This document shows positions 55,843-64,000 of a stretch of DNA of 64,000 nucleotides, one piece after another. The translations under genes and the position numbers were made by a program. The stretch comes from Paraspadella gotoi (taxonomy: Eukaryota; Animalia; Chaetognatha). The stretch spans positions 15,600,963 through 15,664,962 of the forward strand of contig CM119265.1 in the NCBI GenBank assembly GCA_051294375.1, in the 5' to 3' direction. Position 1 is the first letter of the stretch, and the number at the start of each line of letters is the position of its first letter. Under the pieces are notes generated by a model. The model was not told the DNA's origin. It worked only from the letters and a program-made list of their open reading frames with translations, and made no database searches.

Positions 55843-57196
55843 CTTTCCCTCTTTCCATGCCACGATCTCATTGAAGCGATTTTCTAGTGCCCAAAAATCT
55901 TGGAAACTTTTCAATGGATTTTTTTTTTCAGCGTAAAAAAAAATCGCCCGCCCCCCCCGAAAATTATTTTGCCCTTTCGGCGGAAAGAAGAATTCTTTTG
56001 TTGTGAGACCGATCGTCGTCGTTGTTGATTTTTTTTCCCCTCAGCATCTCGAGTTCCGTTCATTTTACTTTCATTTTCTCTCCTTTTAAAAAAAATTTAA
56101 CTCGATTTTTGAATTAAAAAAAAAGAAAACCAATCAATCACATCAGCGTCTCGTTTTGTTTTTTTCAAACAGATTTGATCTATTATGACTTGAAGATGAA
56201 TGAATTAATATTGTTTTTGTTTAATCACCGAACCTTCGAATTTTCAAATCACTTATAATTGAGGAATTTAATACCCTTATTTTTAAGAAAGAAAAATTAA
56301 CATTCGTTGTTAAAGTTTGAAAAAAATTGCTAAAAGCATAGGAGTACGCTTTGTAGCTCCGCGCACGGCAATGCGTTGATATTTATTAGAAAAGCTTATC
56401 TCAATTGAAGTGATAAGACCTTTTAAAAGTCTCTATTAGTATTACATATAGTTTTGATTTTCCTTTCAAACTAAGGTTTACATAGGACCCCTCGTCCTAC
56501 GAGCTTAAAAGGTAGCATTTGAAGACTCTAAAAAATAGAAGGAGAAAACTCCTTTCCGGCGTTCTCAATGTTATCAAGTTGCTGCTCTAAATCTTTTCTA
56601 GATCAACTAAGCGATAACAACGACGCCATCACCATTGGAGAGATAAGACTCTAAAATTTTTCGTTCGCCTACGAGGCGGACCCCGTACCAGCGTACCGGT
56701 AGTCGCTTAACTTTGTACCAAAAAACTCCACTTACGTTCTACCTGCAGTCCTTTTTAACCCTGTACGAAGAATTTTTCAATTATCCTCGACTTACTTTTT
56801 TCCCGCCGAAGCTCTTTTCGTTCTCATTCCTCGACCAATCATCCTGTTTTTTTTCGTCCGTTCTTTCCATTACATTTATTTTTGCAACGCTAATTGGCTT
56901 TCCGAACTCCCAACAACGCTTCTTCGCCCCTCACTCCGCTTATCACGAGGGTTTTTCTCGCGAAAAAAAAAGACCTATTTTTGTCTCCCAACGGCGAAAA
57001 GAAAAAGACCCAGTTTTAACCGTGACTTCTCTCAAGCAAACGCGAAATTCCAGCGAACGGTTTTTCTCATGTTTGTTTATTTTATTTCTCACACAAATTT
57101 TGCTTCGTGTTTTACACTCGCTCATAATTTCTACTATTTTCGTTCTTTCGACGATGAAAAAAAATTTAATTAAAAATTGACGATACGCGATTAGCG

Positions 57197-57680
57197 ATGC
57201 GCGAGAGAGGCAAACTCGACCGCCGCGCCCCCCCGGCGCCGTCCTGCGAAGTTTGCCGCTCGTTGGTCGAAAGGAACAAATCTTTGCGATGCGAGATAAA
57301 CAAAAAAACAAGCGACGATCACCGAACGCCCTGTCCCTGTTGTCGACTCTTGCGGACGGAAGGATCGTGCCTTCCGGCCCGAGACGCCGGTCGATCCCGC
57401 GATAGGCGGGATCGTTCCCGGCGCCATTCGCCGAAGAGGAGTCGAGATTGTCGAAGATGTCGAGCCGAAGCGTCGTCGACGCCATCGCCGACTTCGACGC
57501 GATCGCGCCGATGCCGTTCGTCCGATCGATCGACGCCGCGGCGACATGCGTGCTCTGCTTCATTGGCGCCGCGAAATAAGATTCCGGACGTCGGTTCAGC
57601 GACACCTGGATTCTACGTTCACGGGATCGGCGCCGCGCGCATGGGAATTACGAATCTCGCATTCGACGCCAACTGTCATG
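57197..57680 (+). CDS. Probable first coding exon of a plus-strand gene whose remainder was not located
   Basis: GC/CpG-rich island in AT-rich surroundings, open from ATG 57197 and ending at a consensus donor CATG|GTGAGT; encodes an Arg/Cys-rich segment ending GITNLAFDANCH. Confidence 0.4.
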
Positions 57681-59346
57681 GTGAGTAATTGTGGATAGAA
57701 CTACACTACTTTTCATTTTTTTCTCTGTCTATTTCATGATTTGTTTTTTTCACAGCTTTTAACCACTCCGCTATTTGTTTTTATTTCTTTTCTAAATGAC
57801 ATCAAATCCTGGTCGTAGTCATAGTTATTTAGTATTAGTTCGATTAAATTTAATATTTATTCGTTTATTTATCTAGTAATGATTATTTATCTCAAGTTAT
57901 TGTGTTTGTTTAACCCGAAAATCGATAAATTCGTCGGGAGTGATTTAATTTGCGGTTCTTTACATGATTACAAGCTTAATCGTTAATGGTTTTTTCTTGA
58001 GAGCTAGTATGTAAAAGTTGTTTTACAAATTTAAACACTGCACAGCTTTATAATAATAAATTCTAATTTATGGAAAATAACAATTTTTAAAAAAATTTAA
58101 CGACTGCTTTTATTTGTTACCGCCATTGTTAATTTTTGGAGAGATTGTCAGTCGAGACCGTCCCTGGCCTTCATCAAGACGAAAAGGATACAAAAGGAGA
58201 TGAAAAACTTCCCAGGGATGATGGGGACCTCGAAGGAGGATGACGCATCTTCTGAGTCATTGGTTCGAAGCCTCTCGTTTCAGAATGAATACGATGCGAA
58301 AAAGAAAAAAAAAATAAATGTTCTCTTTTCGAGTTCAACAAAGGATTAGTAATTTTTTTCTTAGACAAGATCGATGATAGGTTTAAATTTTTCAAGTAAT
58401 TGCTTAATGAGACTAGATAACGTTTCGGACAAAACCTCACAAGTCGAAATGTTCGCCTTAAATTTTTTTTTTCTTTATTGATTCGCAGGGAATGAAAAGT
58501 CAGCAGAGAGTAATTTATCGCTAAAAACTCGAACGCCAGGATTTTCTTTTCAGGATGATTTGGAAAAAAAATTATTGAGGATTTTTGAAGGCTTGTTCGA
58601 GATTCAAATTTATTTTTTTTTGACGAAGAGCGAGGTTCCTTAACCCGAGTTCGTGTATTCACATAACGAAAAAGCACAAGTGAATCTTTATATAACTGAA
58701 ATACCCGTAAAAGAAAAGGAAATATATTTTTTTGGCATGATAGCTTTATTACACTCGGATGTAAAGAATTCTGGAACCGTTACTACAACAAAATAGACTG
58801 TAACACAATCAACGAGCCAATAATCATATAAATAATAGTAATATGGGCAAATTAGGGCAAATAATGTGCGATTCGGAAAATGAAAAAAAAGAAGTTGGTG
58901 GATGAGATTTTAAAAGTGAAAAAAAAAAAAAAAAAAAACTGAAAATGCAAGTTTTTGGCCTTGAAGTAGAATAATCCCGCAAAAAGACTCTTTTCGAGGA
59001 TGTGACTTCATTAACGATTTCCTTTATTGTCAGACACTAATTTTCAAAAGATAAATATTTGGTGGGACAATAACTGTGACATCGAAGGCCGATGGCCCTT
59101 TGTCCGCGAACTTGATGTTGTTTTAAGCCTTAAACGTTCCGACGTAACTCGAGGTGAGAAATTGAATATTTTTTTTTGAGTAATGGACATTACTTTAACG
59201 ATAGTCAGTGCTTCGCGAGGAGAAATTCGTGTGGTAATTTCGATGTGTGATATTTTGAGAATCGGACAGCGATCCATTTCGGAGAGAGTCGCGTTGGTCG
59301 TCGTCTTCGTTTTAGTTTTGTTTGATTGGTGGAAAAGGATAACCAA

Positions 59347-61413
59347 TCAATTGGTCATGTTTATGATTTTGTTGAGAAAGAATCTCAATTGCTTGATGAG
59401 ATGTGAACTGTCCAAGGGATTTGAAAAGTGACCCTGACCAGGAATTTCGACGAACGTGCGGCAAGTGGGGTTCGATCGCTGGGCACCTAGATGAACGGAA
59501 AGAGCACGTTAGGAACCAGCGTCACTGGCTAATTATCATTTTTTCAGCGACCAATTGAGCATTTGCGATGGACGGACGTAATGATAGTACGTAGTGAATT
59601 TCATCTCCAGAATAATAATACAAAAAAACAAAGTCAATTCATAAGTATCTTACTATTAAAAAGAGTCCGCATTCTGGCCGGCGAAAAATTGCCATCCTCG
59701 GCGCCGACGAAGACGAAGAGACAAGTCCTCAAAGACTTGATGGCCTCTGCGGTGTTGAACTGTTGGGTGATGGCATTTGGACACGCCCATCCCGTCAAGG
59801 GAAGGCTCGCTGCCACAGTTTGCATTGCACTGGTGGAGAGATTACGATGAAAACGTTATAATAAAAGTCATAATAATTGAACGTATTCACTCTCAAGAAT
59901 GCGCGACCTTCTTTTTTCGTCATGATACGTTCTATACTTACAACTAAAAAAAATAAATTTTAAATTAATAAAAAAAACACCCTTACCTATCGATTGGTGC
60001 CTGCAGGATGACGCCCATAACGCCGGGGAACTTGTTGGCAGCGTGGACGGTGACAGCGCCGCCGAGGGAGTATCCCCAGAGGACGATGTCTCCCCGTCGC
60101 GCGCCCTTCTCTTCGACGAGGAATCTAAATATTGTCTCAACGGCGAGGTAGATCGTTCTTTCGGCGGGCTTCCCCGTGCTCTTGCCGAATCCCGGATAGT
60201 CCCAGGCGAGCACGTTGATGCCCAAGTCCCTGGCGATCCACGCATACAGGGTCTTGTCGAAGGAGAGATTGTCGATGTTGCCGTGAGTGTAGATCAGGTA
60301 CTTGGGTCGGTCGGTCGAGTAGAATTCCCCGCCGGAATCCGCCTCGACCAGCCATGTGTGAATGCGAGCGAGGTAGCGCGCCGGAGCGTCGCTAGGCGAG
60401 GCGGCCCCGACCGGCGCCGCTACGCCGAGAAAACGTTCCGAGTGCCGGAGACCCTCGTCAAGAGTGTAGTCGCAGCAGGGGACGTCCACGTCGTTCTTTT
60501 GGCACTGGCCGGCGGCGTCGGCCGGACACACAACCGCCTCGCCGTAAAGAACGGCGTCCTCTTGGAGGTAATAGATGAGCGCCAAGACGCCCAGCGTCAG
60601 CGCGTAGGCCATCAAGAGGGTAGTGACCAAAATGGCGGCGGATTCCAAGGATTTTCGCCTGTCGATTGAAGCGACGGCGCGGCGACTCCAGCGGCGCAGC
60701 TTTTCGGCCACGCCTCCTCGATTCTCGACAGAGACAGGGCGTTGGACGACGTCTTGGGAGGCTCGGCGACGATTTCCGAGCGACGGAGACTGGCGCGGTG
60801 TCAAGCGCGTCGCCCGCGTCGTGCGCGGCTCCCACTCGGGCGAGCCCGCGGATGTCAACTGGACGACCGCGGCGCCGCCGTTGGGGGAATCGACGGTGTC
60901 CAGCGAAGTGAGCGGCGTCGAGCCGGAGGAAAGTCGATCCGCGCGACTGGGAGATCAAATCGAGATTATTAAAATTCTCAGCATTTAGAAGATCATCATA
61001 GGAAATGGACCAGTTGATGGTTCTGATAGACCTTTGTTGATATTCTTAATTGCTCACAGTTGCCAAAAAATTTTTGGTTAATAGTTTTTTGATTTTTTTT
61101 AATTTTCAAAATTATCTCTATCATTTTGTTCCCAAAATGTTAAAAGAAACAAAAGAACACTGCCAGTAAAACAGTTCTCTTACCACTGAGCCTGCCCGTT
61201 GACCTTTTGGTTTTTCCCTTCCATGGCTTCAACGTCGTCCTCATCCTCCTCTTCCTCCTCCTCCTCTTCCTCATCTTCCTCTTGAGTCGTTTTCTTTCCG
61301 GATTTAAAGATGGCGCGGTTGGGGAAAAAAGCTTTGAGGAGACGCGACGCCACGAAAAGGATGATGAGGAAGAGAAGGATCCACACAAAAAGTTCGATCA
61401 ACAGCAGCGGCAT
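59347..61413 (-). CDS. ABHD13/ABHD17-like alpha/beta serine hydrolase with two predicted TM segments
   Basis: Phase-compatible exons: MPLLLIELFVW...(poly-E); YTHGN, WDYPGFGKSTGKP, GYSLGG (nucleophile), GVILQAP; FVGAEDG (acid); EIPGQGH (His); stop TGA 59349-59347. Confidence 0.85.
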
Positions 61414-62102
61414 GGCTGACGAAGAAACTGCATCCACCGACGGCTACGCCCGCGCCTGCGCGCTTAGATGAAAAGGCAGGTGGCGGTTGGTGTCGTGATA
61501 ACCTTTTGGGCGCTGAATTTTCCAAGACGGATGCACAAAGTTCCTCTTTTTATGGAGAAGGAAACAAGTAGCTAGGGGTATAAAAAAAAATTATCGATTT
61601 ATGTCGCGCCAGAGAAGTCGAGTTCCACCTAGGCGGAGGAAGGATGGACGGGAGCCTGCGAGTCGCTTTGACACGCTCATGTCACATTTTCAAATTCGCT
61701 TTTTGTCAGTGTGTTTTAAACTCGATGGGAGCAAATAATATCCGGTTTGCCTCGATCCTTCTCCATCCTGCTAAAAGAAAAGAAAAATGTAAAGAAAATA
61801 TAATAGAAATAGAAAAATAAAACAGATAAAAGAATTTTCCAGAGTCAGCCAATATTTTATTAAATTGTGAACATATTAACTTAAAAATTGTGTGCGCGAT
61901 AGTCATATAATTCAATCACCCTTTTATCATCTACCGAAAAAAAAAGGAACGGATTGACAGCAGGATAAACTCTGTTACAGCTGAGCGTCGAACTCCGAGT
62001 TAGAAATATTTTTCTGCATATTTGAATGAAGAAAAAAAATTTGAGGCGATTGAATAAAAGTAAAAAAAAAAATTAATCGACGAAAGATGGGATGGTTTAC
62101 GA

Positions 62103-62159
62103 GAAGAAGAAGAAGAAGAAGAAGAAGAAGAAGAAGAAGAAGAAGAAGAAGAAGAAGAA
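62103..62159. repeat. (GAA)n microsatellite
   Basis: About 19 GAA units. Confidence 0.97.
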
Positions 62160-64000
62160 ATGGGGGTGGAAGGAGAAAAGAAAAGAAAATGGAGTGGGAG
62201 AGAAAGTGGGAAAAGAAAAATGTAGAGATGCCCAAGTGGACGAAAAATAAATTGCTAGTGGAAACGAATGCGAATTATTCACGAACTTTTTTATTTTTAT
62301 TAAGTTAGTAATATTTCTTTTAAAGAATGCTAGCGATGTCAATAGATTGCGTGTGTTCAGGCGCTGAGGGATAGAGAAAAGAGAACAAAAATGTGAATGA
62401 AATGCGTAAACTCGAAATATTAAAATCGATGGCGAATAGATTCATTTCCATCAAAACGAGAATTATATTTGTTTACAGATTTACGACAGCGAGACGCCAA
62501 GGACGGAGTCTCAGGATTGAGGAAGGTTATTCTTTATATTCTTATCTTCCATGAGGACAAAAATTCGAAAAATTCCTAAAGCATCACATAACATTAACAC
62601 GCTTTCAAGAAACGTGAGTTTAAAAAAAAATTTAAATATGATTACATTATTAGAGAAACTATGGAATTCAACAAAGAATGAAAATGACTGAAAAAAAAAA
62701 AGAAAAGAAAAAGTCGATCAATCGAATGTTTTTTTGTCATTTCTGTCATTACAATTTATATTTTAAGTTTATGGATTTAATTAATGATGTTTCAAGTAGA
62801 CAGGAAATAATGGCCACTGGCCAGTCTAAGATTTGCACCGAGAAATTTAAATAAAAAAAAAAATTATTTTAAAAACCGGTCTTGTTGAATGCTTGAGAAA
62901 ATAAAACAGACCGTCAGACGTGAACTTTTTTTTTTCTTCATGAGAATAAAATTCAAAAAGCCCCAGGGTACAGGTTGACTCTTTGTTCATAAAAGAGAAA
63001 AGGTCCTAAACAGTTTTCATTAGCTCATTACACCTTAATTGATTTAATTTATTTTTTTTTTTTTACGATTTAATTTGAATATATCTCGACTTATTTGATC
63101 CAATTTTCACTCGAACTCGATGAGAAAAAAAAAAAAATTTCGTTTCTTCCCCGCAAATTAAAAAAAAAAAAAGTATTAAACTTCAGACCCGTCGGGAACG
63201 GAGTGCGAAAAATTTCTTCATTTTATTCATTTTCGGACGATGATGCGGTTTTCGTTGTACTCGGGAGGAATGGAATCTTAATTGAAACTAATGCTTCCAG
63301 CGAGAGCGAAACGTAACGGCTGCCAGCCGGTTCCAAGTCTTACGTCAGATCTAGAATTGCGCGCGCCGGAAAGAGTGTCATCGTTTTTTTTTTTTTTTTT
63401 TTTTTAAATTTTAATAAAATGCGTTTCCGTCGTTGACTGATGACGTCAAAAAAATTGAGACTTCAGGTTGGGTCGGTTTCGCGGGAGATATTCACGTTCG
63501 TAGAGTGTTACTAACTAAGGACCTCCAGTATTTCGTTTCCCGCTGTCTTTTTTTTTCCAGAACAGATTATCTCGAGATTAAAAAGGACGCGGGAATGAAA
63601 GTAATGGAGGATCAAAGAAAGTGGGCAAAACCGAAGAGCTCGCTAACCACGAAAAAGGATATTTTAATTATCTCACGAAATGGAAATGATGTTTTTGATA
63701 AACAAAACAAAACAAAAAAAAAATCGGTCGAAAAAAGAAACACACACACACACAAAAAAAAGTGAGAGAGAGTCACACGACGAGTGAGCCTTTCATCGAA
63801 ACGACCCAGCATTCCGTCTTCTTCAGAGTACAGTGCGATAATTTTAATCAAATTAGGGGCCAACGATAAGTTTGGCGAAGTTTAGAGACAGGTAAGACGC
63901 GGTTAATTTTATTATTGAGGTGAGTTTAATTTTCAAGAGCATTCCGCAGTTAATCACATTATTTCTCGTTAGCATTTTTACTCCTTATATAACAGTCTCA

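Noticed and set aside
61975-62342. Poly-Arg/Leu/Phe ORFs
   Set aside because: Translations of the (GAA)n microsatellite.
63827-63890. Candidate plus-strand exon ending in CAG|GTAAG as continuation of the 57.2-57.7 kb exon
   Set aside because: Stop codons in all frames from the nearby acceptors; at most non-coding.

Overview
Eukaryotic (metazoan-type, AT-rich short introns, CpG-rich exons) genomic DNA, not prokaryotic. Positions 1-43.7 kb hold a tightly packed head-to-tail run of minus-strand, mostly nuclear housekeeping genes: a MADS-fold-like orphan, BAZ1A/ACF1, URB2, JTB, a thioredoxin-UBXN1 fusion, TOPBP1, two SRSF3/7-like RRM-RGG paralogs flanking ZNF207, MCM3, TMTC3 (with an antisense nested SLC37 transporter) and an orphan. 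Divergent from these on the plus strand are RPF1 and EXOSC10, followed by a FABP, a divergent 7TM receptor and an ABHD13/17-like hydrolase in a gene-sparser right end. The most notable observations: (1) stop-to-start gaps of about 180-380 bp with unpaired 3' splice acceptors just upstream of start codons, suggesting operons resolved by spliced-leader trans-splicing; (2) a CXXC zinc finger inserted into ACF1/BAZ1A; (3) an in-frame Trx-SHP-UBA-ZnF-UBX fusion; (4) two long perfect palindromes with target-site duplications carrying a Penelope-type minimal hammerhead ribozyme core; (5) a duplicated, apparently structured RNA element in a ZNF207 intron; (6) an orphan with a truncated MADS-like N-terminus and a possibly variable 3' exon. 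Gene identities come from recognising motifs by eye, and exon boundaries were derived manually; no database searches were run.
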